A stretch of 64,000 nucleotides of DNA from an uncultured Bacteroidota bacterium (GTDB lineage: Bacteria > Bacteroidota > Bacteroidia > Bacteroidales > WCHB1-69): NCBI GenBank assembly GCA_902774175.1, contig CACYHG010000002.1, forward strand, positions 27,297 to 91,296, read 5' to 3'. Each line of letters begins with the position of its first letter. Positions within the stretch are counted from its first letter, which is position 1. Under the pieces are notes generated by a model. The model did no database searches and was not told where the DNA came from. It worked only from the letters and a program-made list of their open reading frames with translations. Shown here piece after piece: positions 8,765-17,074 of the stretch. The position numbers and the translations under genes are program-made.

Positions 8765-10123
8765 CTATTTGCCGATGCAGAAGCGGGAGAAAATCTCTCC
8801 AAGAATATCATTGTTTGTGACCTCCCCTGTGATTTTGCCCAGGTGGCGGATGGCGTTGCGTGCATCTATGCTCAGCAGGTCAGGTGTGCGTCCGCATTCC
8901 AGTCCGCTTCGCATCTCCTCAAGTGCCGAGCGGACGTTCAGCAACGCTTCGTAGTGGCGGAGGTTCGTCAACATCACCTCTCCGCTTCTGCCTTCAAATC
9001 CTGCCATGCGGGCAAGCTGGCGTTTGAGTTCATCCAGCCCTTCCCCACGCAAGGCTGAAATCCGGTAAGTGACCGGATTGTCCGATACCTTTCCGTAGCG
9101 CGGTGTTTCCGCCAAATCCTCCTTGTTGTGCAGGACAATGCATTTTTTCCCTTTGCGTCCATATTCTCCGAGCGCCGTTCCGGTCTCCTCCGCAGTCTCA
9201 TTCATGTCGGTCAGATGCAGCACCATTTCGGCGTTGTCAATGGCCTTGCGGCTGCGTTCGATGCCCATAGCCTCCACAACGTCACCGCTTTCCCGAAGTC
9301 CGGCGGTGTCAATGAATCTGAATGTGACGCCTTCTATTGTCATGCACTCTTCAATGGTGTCGCGTGTGGTTCCCGCTATCGGGCTGACAATGGCGCGGTC
9401 ATCTGACAGAAGCGCGTTGAGCAGGGTCGATTTTCCGGTGTTTGGCCGTCCCACAATGGCTACGGGAATCCCTTTTTTCAGGGCGTTGCCCATGCGGAAG
9501 GAGCCGATGAGACGCTCCACCTTTCCGGAAAGGGTGGAGTTGAGCTCCTTCAATTGGTTCCGGTCGGCGAACTTGACATCCTCCTCGCTGAAATCCAGTT
9601 CCAGCTCCAGCAGTGAAACCATACGGATCAGTTCATCACGCATTGTCCGCAGCTCTTGGGCGTATCCGCCTCTCATCTGGCTGAATGCCAGCTGGTGCGA
9701 TGCCCTTGAGTCGGAGGCGATAAGGTCGGCCACCGCCTCGGCCTGTGACAAGTCCATTTTTCCGTTCAGGAATGCCCGGCGGGTGAATTCCCCAGGCTCC
9801 GCCATGCGGCAGCCGTTCCGTATAAGCAGTTCTAACATCCGCTGCATGATGTATGCGGAACCGTGGCAGGAGATTTCAGCCATCTCCTCGCCTGTGTAGG
9901 AGTGCGGTGCGGAAAAGGTCCAGAGCAGCACCTCGTCCAGACATTCCCCTCCATCTGTGATTTCACCGAAGCGTACCTGACGGTCGTGCATGGCGGAGGC
10001 GGCGTTTTTGGGGCTGAATATCCTGGAGACAATCCCTTTTGTGCCTTTGCCGGATATCCTTATCACGCCCAAAGCCCCGGAACCGGCAGGTGTGGCGGGG
10101 GCGCAGATGCAGTCCTGTTCCAT
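8765..10123 (-). CDS. mnmE: tRNA modification GTPase MnmE (TrmE)
   Basis: The N-terminus MEQDCICAPATPAGSGALGVIRISG, the G-domain GRPNTGKST / DTAG / NKED, and the hallmark C-terminal CIGK all match. The start at 10123 avoids overlap with the upstream gene. Confidence 0.9.
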   Translation of the reverse strand: MEQDCICAPATPAGSGALGVIRISGKGTKGIVSRIFSPKNAASAMHDRQVRFGEITDGGECLDEVLLWTFSAPHSYTGEEMAEISCHGSAYIMQRMLELLIRNGCRMAEPGEFTRRAFLNGKMDLSQAEAVADLIASDSRASHQLAFSQMRGGYAQELRTMRDELIRMVSLLELELDFSEEDVKFADRNQLKELNSTLSGKVERLIGSFRMGNALKKGIPVAIVGRPNTGKSTLLNALLSDDRAIVSPIAGTTRDTIEECMTIEGVTFRFIDTAGLRESGDVVEAMGIERSRKAIDNAEMVLHLTDMNETAEETGTALGEYGRKGKKCIVLHNKEDLAETPRYGKVSDNPVTYRISALRGEGLDELKRQLARMAGFEGRSGEVMLTNLRHYEALLNVRSALEEMRSGLECGRTPDLLSIDARNAIRHLGKITGEVTNNDILGEIFSRFCIGK

Positions 10124-10125
10124 CT

Positions 10126-11325
10126 TCAGAGAGTGTCGATAACTGCGCACAGCCGCCGGAATATCTCATCCATGCTGCCGACACCTTCAATGTGATTGTA
10201 TTTGTCCTGACTGCGGTAATAGTCAATCACCGGCATGGTCTTGCTTTCGTACTCCTTGAAGCGTTTCAGGATAACCTCTTCGGTGTCGTCCTTGCGGCCT
10301 TCAATCTGCGCACGTTTCAGCAGCCTCTGCAGCAGTTCGTCCTGCGGCACATCCAATGCCAGCATGGTGTGTACGGCTGTCTTACGTTTGGCAAGCAGCA
10401 GGTCAAGCGCTTCGGCCTGGGCGGTGGTTCGCGGAAAACCGTCGAACAGGAATCCCTTTGCATCAGGAGTCTCGTCCATTTTCGATTCCAGCAGCTTTAT
10501 CACAAGGTCGTCAGGGGCAAGGATGCCCTGTTCGGCCAGATTCTTCACCTGCAGTCCGAGCGGTGTGCCCTTGGCAATCTGCTCGCGGATAACATCGCCG
10601 GTGGAGATGTAGGCCAGCCCGTATTTTTCCAGCAGCCGTTTGGACTGTGTGCCCTTGCCGCTGCCCGGAGGGCCGAACAGCACGATGTTCAGCGTCTTGT
10701 TCCCCGAAGGTGTGCAAATCGGGTGCTGCCGGAGGTATTCCTCCATCAGGCGGGCGAAATATTTGCCGAGGATGTCGAATTCGATGTTGATGACGCTCCC
10801 TTCGCGGATGTTGTGGAAATTTGTCACCTGGTGGGTGTAGGGGATGATGGCCACCGAGAAGTATCCCTGTTCCGAATCCACCACCGTCAGGCTTACCCCG
10901 TTGACGCAGATGGAGCCTTTTGGGACAGTCATGAAACCCTCCTTAGGCTCATATTTGAAATAGTAGCGCCAGCTGCCGTTCTCGTCCGTAACCTTGGTGC
11001 AGACGGCGGTCTGGTCCACGTGGCCCTGCACGATGTGGCCGTCAAAGCGGCCGTCCAGCCGCATGCTCCGTTCCAGATTCACCTCGTAGCCGACAGTCCA
11101 GCTGCCGAGGTTGGTCTTCTGCAGCGTCTCGTCCATTGCGGTGACCACGTATTGTCTTTTTTCGCGGTCAATGCTGACGATGGTGAGGCAGCAACCGTCG
11201 TGGGCCATGCTCTGGTCTATCTTCAGCTCGCCGGTGAAATCCGCCTCAATGGTGAAATCCACATTGCTCTTGTCGCGGCGTATGCCGACGATCTTCCCCG
11301 TTTTCTCAACAATTCCTGTAAACAT
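10126..11325 (-). CDS. Single ORF fusing riboflavin synthase (aa 1 to about 200) to adenylate kinase (aa about 212-399)
   Basis: The RibE part reads MFTGIVEKTGKI...DQSMAHDGCCLTIV...GHIVQGHVD...VNGVSLTV...FDILGKYFARL. The Adk part reads LNIVLFGPPGSGKGTQSKRLLEKYGLAYISTGDVIR...FLFDGFPRT.... There is no stop between the two. The codon where the Adk ATG is expected is ACG (10693-10695). Confidence 0.85.
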   Translation of the reverse strand: MFTGIVEKTGKIVGIRRDKSNVDFTIEADFTGELKIDQSMAHDGCCLTIVSIDREKRQYVVTAMDETLQKTNLGSWTVGYEVNLERSMRLDGRFDGHIVQGHVDQTAVCTKVTDENGSWRYYFKYEPKEGFMTVPKGSICVNGVSLTVVDSEQGYFSVAIIPYTHQVTNFHNIREGSVINIEFDILGKYFARLMEEYLRQHPICTPSGNKTLNIVLFGPPGSGKGTQSKRLLEKYGLAYISTGDVIREQIAKGTPLGLQVKNLAEQGILAPDDLVIKLLESKMDETPDAKGFLFDGFPRTTAQAEALDLLLAKRKTAVHTMLALDVPQDELLQRLLKRAQIEGRKDDTEEVILKRFKEYESKTMPVIDYYRSQDKYNHIEGVGSMDEIFRRLCAVIDTL

Positions 11326-11403
11326 ATCATTATATTATTATATTTTTCTGTTTTTATTTACGGCTGACGTACACGTCAGCCCTACGACAAATTTGCGACG
11401 GCC

Positions 11404-12228
11404 CTACGACATCCCCCTCGCATTCTTGATGCGCTGGTACGCCTCGTTGATCTCCGCAAAACGCTTTTCGGCCTCCTTGCGGGCCGTCTCCCCCAGATGC
11501 GCCACCTTGTCCGGATGGTTGTCGATGGCCAGACGGCGGTACGCCTTCTTGATGGCTTCGTCCGAATCGCTGCTTCTCACACCCAACAATGCGTAGTCCG
11601 CATCCAAACGGCTGGTGCGGCTGTATCCGCCTGAATATCCGCTTGAATATCCGCCTGAATTTCCGCTGTACCGGCTTCCGCCATATCCGGATTGTCCGCT
11701 TTGCTGTTGTGTGTAGTAATATGCGTAGCTGTTCCGGATATATTCATAATCGGTGCTCCTTATCTGGAAATATTGTGATATGCGCTGCAGCTGCTCCAGC
11801 TCATCATTGTCTATGTCACTGTCCGAATAGGCGAGCTGGAAGAGGTATCGGAGTATCTCCAGCCGTTCGGTGTAGTTTAGTTTCAGGTTCAGCCTGCCGA
11901 CATGCTCCTGCACATCTATATTACGGTCCTTCAGCTCCACAAGATATTCGATGGCTTTGTTCGCTGCTTGTGCGCCAAACCGTTGCAGGAAAAAGTCGCG
12001 GTATGAATAGAGTTCGGACTGCATTATCCTCCGGTCGCTTTTCATCACGGCGGCGAACAGGGCGGAGATGTGGTATAGAACATCGTCGTTAATGTCTGTA
12101 GTGGTCTCGTTTTTAAGGCCGAATAATATCCCCATGAAATATCCTACGATGCCACCGACGGGACCGAGAATCATCATGCCGATCATCGCGCAGAGAAATG
12201 GGTAGCAGCCGTTTATGCGGGTCTTCAT
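11404..12228 (-). CDS. DjlA-like membrane co-chaperone: N-terminal TM helix, TerB-like domain, Gly/Ser/Tyr linker and C-terminal J domain
   Basis: The C-terminus DYALLGVRSSDSDEAIKKAYRRLAIDNHPDKV contains the HPD J-domain motif. The N-terminus has the TM segment CAMIGMMILGPVGGIVGYFMGILFG. The ATG at 12226-12228 overlaps the trkH stop by 1 nt. Confidence 0.75.
   Translation of the reverse strand: MKTRINGCYPFLCAMIGMMILGPVGGIVGYFMGILFGLKNETTTDINDDVLYHISALFAAVMKSDRRIMQSELYSYRDFFLQRFGAQAANKAIEYLVELKDRNIDVQEHVGRLNLKLNYTERLEILRYLFQLAYSDSDIDNDELEQLQRISQYFQIRSTDYEYIRNSYAYYYTQQQSGQSGYGGSRYSGNSGGYSSGYSGGYSRTSRLDADYALLGVRSSDSDEAIKKAYRRLAIDNHPDKVAHLGETARKEAEKRFAEINEAYQRIKNARGMS
11624..11671 (-). repeat. 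Imperfect 12-bp coding tandem repeat (4 units) inside the DjlA-like linker
   Basis: The units are tatccgcctgaa / tatccgcttgaa / tatccgcctgaa / tttccgctgtac. They encode the SGYSGGYSSGYSGG low-complexity linker. Confidence 0.7.
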
Positions 12229-14033
12229 TATGAGATGCTCAGGTTGGTTTTTACTAATGAGTAGTTCTGGCTCGCCTTCCGGGTGACGGAGATGGCCATG
12301 GTCAGGATGGTGATTCGTCCGATGAACATCAGCAAAATCAGGATGCATTTTCCGAAGTTGCTCAGTCCTGCGCAGATGTTCACCGACATGCCGACATTTC
12401 CTAACGCCGATGTGGTCTCAAACATGATCTGTTCCAGAGTGAACTGCGGGTCTGAAATTGAAAGCAGCAGGATGCTGCCGACCATAAGTCCGATTGCCAG
12501 CATGGCCACCGTGTATGATTTGTCAATCAGGTGGCCGGGTATGGCGCGGTTGGAGATTGTAACCTCCTTTCTTCCCTTGATTGTGGCGCCGATGGAGCGG
12601 ATAAGTATGTAGAATGTGGTCACCTTTATGCCGCCGCCGGTGGAGGTGGGTGAACTTCCGATGAACATCAGACAGATGAAAAGCAGCAGGGTGGGGAGTG
12701 AAAGCAGGTTTGTGTCCAGGGTGCTGAAACCGCATGAGCGGGAGGATGAGGCCATGAAGAGCGAACTCATCAGCCGTTGGCCGACACCTTGCCCTGCTGT
12801 GGAATAGTTCTTTTCAAAAAAGAAGAAGCAGAGGGTGCCCAGCAACACCAGCACGCCGGTCATGCCCAATGTGATGCGCGTGGTGACTTTGAGCTGCTTC
12901 CAGTAGCTTTTGCCCCGGTAGCGATGGAAATGGTTGCTGATAAGGTCGTGCAGGGTGACAAAGCCGAGGCTGCCCAAGGTGAAGAGCATCAGCGTCACAA
13001 TCTGAACGTAATAGTCGCTGCTGTAGATCGGATTCATCATGCCGCCATCTATGATGGAGATTCCGGAGTTGTTGAATGAGGCTATGGCATGGAAGGCCGA
13101 AAGGAAGATGTTCTGTGAAAGGGAGTGGCTGTAGTACTGGTTATGGTTCCAGTAGATGAAGAAGAGGAAAAAGCCGATAAGTTCAATAATAAATGTATAC
13201 CCCAATATTGTGCGGAGCATCGTTTTTGAACCGGAATAGCTGGTGTTCAGCAGCTCCTGCATTATGGACTGTGAACGCACCTTGGTCTCCTTATACGATG
13301 TGGAAAGGAATGTCGCGAAACAGATGATGTTGATTCCGCCCAACTGCATCAGCAGCAGAATCACCACCTGACCTTTGCGTGTGAATGCCGCGGCAGTGTC
13401 AACCACTGTCAGGCCGGTGATGGTGCTGGCGGAGGTGGCTGTGAAGAGCGCGTTGAAGAATCCAATGCCTCCGGTTGTCATTTCCGGCAGCATCAGCAGG
13501 ATGGCGCCGATAATGATCAGCAGCAGGAAGGAGCAGACCATCCATCCCCTGGGGCCGAAACGGAACCGGTTGAACAGCTGACCCATATTGGACAGTTCGA
13601 ACAGCATCATGAAGAAGAAGTAAATCTGGATCAGCAGCATCGTTATGTCGCTGATGTCGCTGATGTCGCTCAGGCTGAAGCCGTGTCCCGAATGGGCGGG
13701 GGAGAGGTATGTGAAGAAATACCAAAGTATGATGCAGAGTATTACAACCCCTTCAAAAATGTTCTTCCGGATGTATTCGGTGGCATGCACCGAAAAGAAG
13801 GCGCACAGCAGATATTTCAGTATGTAAAAAATCAGACTGCAATGTATTAATATTTTGCATGTCAATGCGCTGGCCGGGGTCTGTGGGAAACCGTAATAGT
13901 AGGCGATGACCGCCATGGTGAAGAAGGAGACAAAAATCCCAATCGTCTTCAAGATGTTGTGCACCTTGTCGATGTAGTCCCAAATGAAGAACTTGTAGTT
14001 CTCACGAAACGAATGGAAGAAAACCGGCTTCAC
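12228..14033 (-). CDS. trkH: TrkH/KtrB-family potassium uptake membrane subunit
   Basis: Multi-pass membrane protein with selectivity-filter-like motifs (TSTGGGIKVTTF, FNNSGIS, TITGLT, LGNVGMS). It lies directly downstream of trkA. Confidence 0.85.
   Translation of the reverse strand: MKPVFFHSFRENYKFFIWDYIDKVHNILKTIGIFVSFFTMAVIAYYYGFPQTPASALTCKILIHCSLIFYILKYLLCAFFSVHATEYIRKNIFEGVVILCIILWYFFTYLSPAHSGHGFSLSDISDISDITMLLIQIYFFFMMLFELSNMGQLFNRFRFGPRGWMVCSFLLLIIIGAILLMLPEMTTGGIGFFNALFTATSASTITGLTVVDTAAAFTRKGQVVILLLMQLGGINIICFATFLSTSYKETKVRSQSIMQELLNTSYSGSKTMLRTILGYTFIIELIGFFLFFIYWNHNQYYSHSLSQNIFLSAFHAIASFNNSGISIIDGGMMNPIYSSDYYVQIVTLMLFTLGSLGFVTLHDLISNHFHRYRGKSYWKQLKVTTRITLGMTGVLVLLGTLCFFFFEKNYSTAGQGVGQRLMSSLFMASSSRSCGFSTLDTNLLSLPTLLLFICLMFIGSSPTSTGGGIKVTTFYILIRSIGATIKGRKEVTISNRAIPGHLIDKSYTVAMLAIGLMVGSILLLSISDPQFTLEQIMFETTSALGNVGMSVNICAGLSNFGKCILILLMFIGRITILTMAISVTRKASQNYSLVKTNLSIS
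13645..13671 (-). repeat. 9-bp perfect coding tandem repeat x3 in trkH
   Basis: atgtcgctg atgtcgctg atgtcgctc encodes SDISDISDI in a loop of TrkH. Confidence 0.8.
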
Positions 14034-14048
14034 CTTCTGTACCTCGCG

Positions 14049-14735
14049 TTAGTTATTAATCTCCACAAACTTCTCTATATCCTTGTTCTTTCCGAACATC
14101 ACAAGGACATCCCCTTCAAGGATGACTGTCTTGGTGTCCGGCACCCCCAGGACATGCTGGTTGTTCTGTCCGTTCCATTCCTCCACGTTGCGACGGATGG
14201 TGATGAGGCTCAGCTTGTATTTGTCACGGAAATCGATTTGTCCGTATTCCATGTTCCGGGTGTGCTTTGGCGCGATGATCTCCACCACACTGTAGTCGTC
14301 AGGCAGGTCGAGATAGGAGACCAGACTCGGGTTCATCAGCCGTCTTGCGACCGAAAGGCCAATCTCCTGTTCCGGAGAGATGATTTCGGTGATTCCCATC
14401 TTGTTCAGAATAAAACGCTGGTTGCGTCCGACCGCACGGCAGATGATGCGCTTCACCCCGAAGTCAAGCAGTAGCGCCGCGCAGAGCAGCCTCTGTTCAA
14501 AGGGGTTGCCTATGGCCACAATGACCGCGTCGAAGCTTTTTATGTCTTGGGAAAGCAGGGCCCGCCTGTCCGTCGCGTTCAGTGTGACGGCATAGGCCAC
14601 ATCCTCGCTGATATCCTCCACCTTGTCATAGTTGTTGTCAATGGCCATAACCTCAGCACCCTTCTTTGCAAGGTTCAGGGCGATCGATTTTCCGAAATTT
14701 CCCAGGCCGATAACGGCAAATTTTCCTGTCCGCAT
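14049..14735 (-). CDS. trkA: TrkA/KtrA-type K+ uptake NAD-binding (RCK) subunit
   Basis: FAVIGLGNFGKSIALNLAKKGAEVMAIDNN is a Rossmann GxGxxG motif. The gene pairs with trkH 15 nt downstream. Confidence 0.85.
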   Translation of the reverse strand: MRTGKFAVIGLGNFGKSIALNLAKKGAEVMAIDNNYDKVEDISEDVAYAVTLNATDRRALLSQDIKSFDAVIVAIGNPFEQRLLCAALLLDFGVKRIICRAVGRNQRFILNKMGITEIISPEQEIGLSVARRLMNPSLVSYLDLPDDYSVVEIIAPKHTRNMEYGQIDFRDKYKLSLITIRRNVEEWNGQNNQHVLGVPDTKTVILEGDVLVMFGKNKDIEKFVEINN

Positions 14736-14757
14736 GTTATTTTACCTAATTAAATTG

Positions 14758-14765
14758 CAAAAGTA
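14758..14765 (-). promoter_or_regulatory. -7 box (TACTTTTG) for the trkA-trkH-djlA operon
   Basis: The plus strand reads caaaagta, 23 nt upstream of the trkA ATG. Confidence 0.5.
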
Positions 14766-14851
14766 CCTTAAAAAACAATATGCTTTCCCGTTTATGCGAA
14801 AAAAAAAATAAAAATGTATGGTAAAGCGTATTGTTGTATTTTTTTTCTTTG

Positions 14852-14859
14852 TACATTTG
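14852..14859 (+). promoter_or_regulatory. -7 box TACATTTG for the lipoprotein/beta-barrel operon
   Basis: tacatttg lies 26 nt upstream of the ATG at 14885, in an AT-rich divergent intergenic region. Confidence 0.5.
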
Positions 14860-14884
14860 CATTTTAATGTATAATCGTTTTAGT

Positions 14885-15460
14885 ATGAAAAGATTTTTTT
14901 GTATTTTATTGGTAGGCATGGCAGTTATGCTTTCATCCTGCGAGGACATGCTGAAATCGCTGAATGTGACTGAGGAGATTTCCATGCCGAACATGGATTT
15001 CCGTCTGAACAGGCAGCAGCAGAAGGACGGGCTTGGTGACATCCTTATGGATGAATCTTTCACCCTGAATCTTGACAGCATGCTGGTCGAGTTGGGCTAT
15101 TCCGCCGAGGATGTGGACAAATGTTTTAAAAGCATGGCTTTGAAAGTTGTGAATTTCAGTCTGAAAGACACTTCCTATGTGAAGAATTTCGACTTTCTGG
15201 ACAGCGCCCGCATGACCTTCTCCACCAAAAGTGTTTCCGAAGCGACTGTGGCGCTTCTTACTCCGAAGGAGGAGCGTAAGGCCACATCCCAGATGAATCT
15301 GCAGATTTCCCTTGAGGATGTTACAAAATTCATCCGTTCCAAGGAGCAGGTGCGCGTAAGGATATACGGAAAGGCCGATTTGTCATCGCTCCCCGAGGAG
15401 GTCTCCTATGTCGACATCCTTGTTGGCGGCATAATGCGGATGGAACTCAAACCGTTATAG
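14885..15460 (+). CDS. Hypothetical lipoprotein (191 aa)
   Basis: MKRFFCILLVGMAVMLSSCEDML is a signal peptide with a lipobox Cys. I recognise no family. Confidence 0.7.
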   Translation: MKRFFCILLVGMAVMLSSCEDMLKSLNVTEEISMPNMDFRLNRQQQKDGLGDILMDESFTLNLDSMLVELGYSAEDVDKCFKSMALKVVNFSLKDTSYVKNFDFLDSARMTFSTKSVSEATVALLTPKEERKATSQMNLQISLEDVTKFIRSKEQVRVRIYGKADLSSLPEEVSYVDILVGGIMRMELKPL

Positions 15461-15469
15461 TTTTTTGTT

Positions 15470-17074
15470 GTGAACAAGTCGCATGAATTTGCCGTGCCGG
15501 TCAGCAGCGTTGTCCTGCTGCTGGCGATGGTGCTGCTCAATTCCTGCAGCAAACTGGCGGATGATTTCGATTTCCGTCACATCGGTGTGCAGGACTACCG
15601 GACCTCGTGGGTGACAAACCTGGTTGATGCAGAGGCCTCAATCGGTGATTTTGTGCCTGATACTATTTCCGGCGAAGTCTCATTGATAACCAGTGGCGAC
15701 AACCGTTTTTTCATCGCGTATGAGCTGGACTACCATACCGACACGTTGGATGTGAGAAGGTGGATCAGCAGGGATTCGGTTGTCGGGGATGAGATCCGTT
15801 ACATTGATAACGTCGATTATCCGAAGGAGAGTTCCACAACCTTCGAGATGGAGCTTGATTTCCCGTTTGCCAAGATTGACACAATTTATCTCAAAAGCGG
15901 GGAGATCGAACTCAACGTCACCACTCCGACAGATACTGCAGGCATCGGTCTTGAAGTGCAAAGCAATCTCCTGCTGGAGGAGTCCGGCGGTACACTCAAG
16001 CCTTTCCGCTGTGTCGCCCATTGGGGGAGGAATGTCATTTCGTTGAAGGACAAGTATATCATTGTCAATGACAGCAATTACTGCATGGTGAAGCTGCAGT
16101 ATCACACGCGGCCCTTCACAGGGCTTTATGCCGACAGCTCCAAGGCTCCGCTGTATATCCATTATAATCTCTCCATCCCTGAGTTCCATTTCATCACCGG
16201 CACCATTTTCCGTGACACCAGCATCGAACTCTTTACCGGAAAGGTCGACTATTCGCTGCTGCCGGAGAATATGGGTTTCGGACTGCATCTGAACCATCTG
16301 TTCCTCAACACGGACATTGCCACCAATGTGGGTATTCCCATCTCTTGCGACATCGAATACCTGAAATATCACAATAATCTGACCAACAAGACTTATGACT
16401 TCTTGAGCGCTCCCTATTGCCTCCGAACGCTTATGCCGCGGTTCAGGGGTGACGTGACGCATACTCTGGATACCATCCGCATAAACCGCGATGCGGTTTT
16501 CAGCAACGACGGTTATATTGATTTCTCATCTTATGCCTCTTTGAAGAGGGGACGTTTTTTTATCGACGAGAATGCACGTTACGATGTGCACGCGCATCTG
16601 GAGTTTCCGCTGGATATGACCGTTGAGCAGTTCCGTTATGCCGACACTCTGGATTTCCCAAGCCTGGACGCCATTGACAGCACTATGGACAAGGCTGATT
16701 GGAACTGGGTGCAGTCGTTGTTGCTGCGTTGTGAATTTGTTAACGGGTTGCCGTTGGAACTTGGTGTGCAGCTTTATTTTATGGATTCCAATTATTGTGT
16801 GCGGGATTCCCTGTTCACAGACCGTTCGCTGCTGCAGGGGGCACTTGTGGATCCGCTTACGGGGCTTGTGAAGGAGCCTGTGCATGTGCCGGCGAAGTTC
16901 ATAACTTTTGACCGTGAACGTGTGAAGGTTCTAGCCGGTTGCCGTTACATGCTGTTGGATGCCAATGCTGTCAGTACAGGCAACCAGCGGGTCGTGCTGG
17001 CCGCCGACCAGAAACTGAGGGTCCGTATCGGGGCTCGGGTCAATGCCAAGTTCAATTACAGGAGCGGATCATGA
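15470..17074 (+). CDS. Hypothetical lipoprotein (534 aa), GTG start
   Basis: The codon at 15470 is GTG. The signal/lipobox reads VVLLLAMVLLNSCSKL. The gene starts 9 nt after the previous one and overlaps the next by ATGA. Confidence 0.7.
   Translation: MNKSHEFAVPVSSVVLLLAMVLLNSCSKLADDFDFRHIGVQDYRTSWVTNLVDAEASIGDFVPDTISGEVSLITSGDNRFFIAYELDYHTDTLDVRRWISRDSVVGDEIRYIDNVDYPKESSTTFEMELDFPFAKIDTIYLKSGEIELNVTTPTDTAGIGLEVQSNLLLEESGGTLKPFRCVAHWGRNVISLKDKYIIVNDSNYCMVKLQYHTRPFTGLYADSSKAPLYIHYNLSIPEFHFITGTIFRDTSIELFTGKVDYSLLPENMGFGLHLNHLFLNTDIATNVGIPISCDIEYLKYHNNLTNKTYDFLSAPYCLRTLMPRFRGDVTHTLDTIRINRDAVFSNDGYIDFSSYASLKRGRFFIDENARYDVHAHLEFPLDMTVEQFRYADTLDFPSLDAIDSTMDKADWNWVQSLLLRCEFVNGLPLELGVQLYFMDSNYCVRDSLFTDRSLLQGALVDPLTGLVKEPVHVPAKFITFDRERVKVLAGCRYMLLDANAVSTGNQRVVLAADQKLRVRIGARVNAKFNYRSGS

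Noticed and set aside
10039-11367. 442-aa plus-strand ORF
   Set aside because: It is entirely antisense to the well-supported ribE-adk ORF. The translation is low-complexity (Ala/Val/Gly/Leu-rich) with no motifs. This is the typical shadow ORF of a GC-rich coding region.
16939-17070. N-terminal extension of the barrel ORF (track start 16939)
   Set aside because: The extension overlaps the upstream gene and is Arg/Gln/Pro-rich. A proper signal peptide begins at the ATG at 17071, which forms an ATGA overlap.
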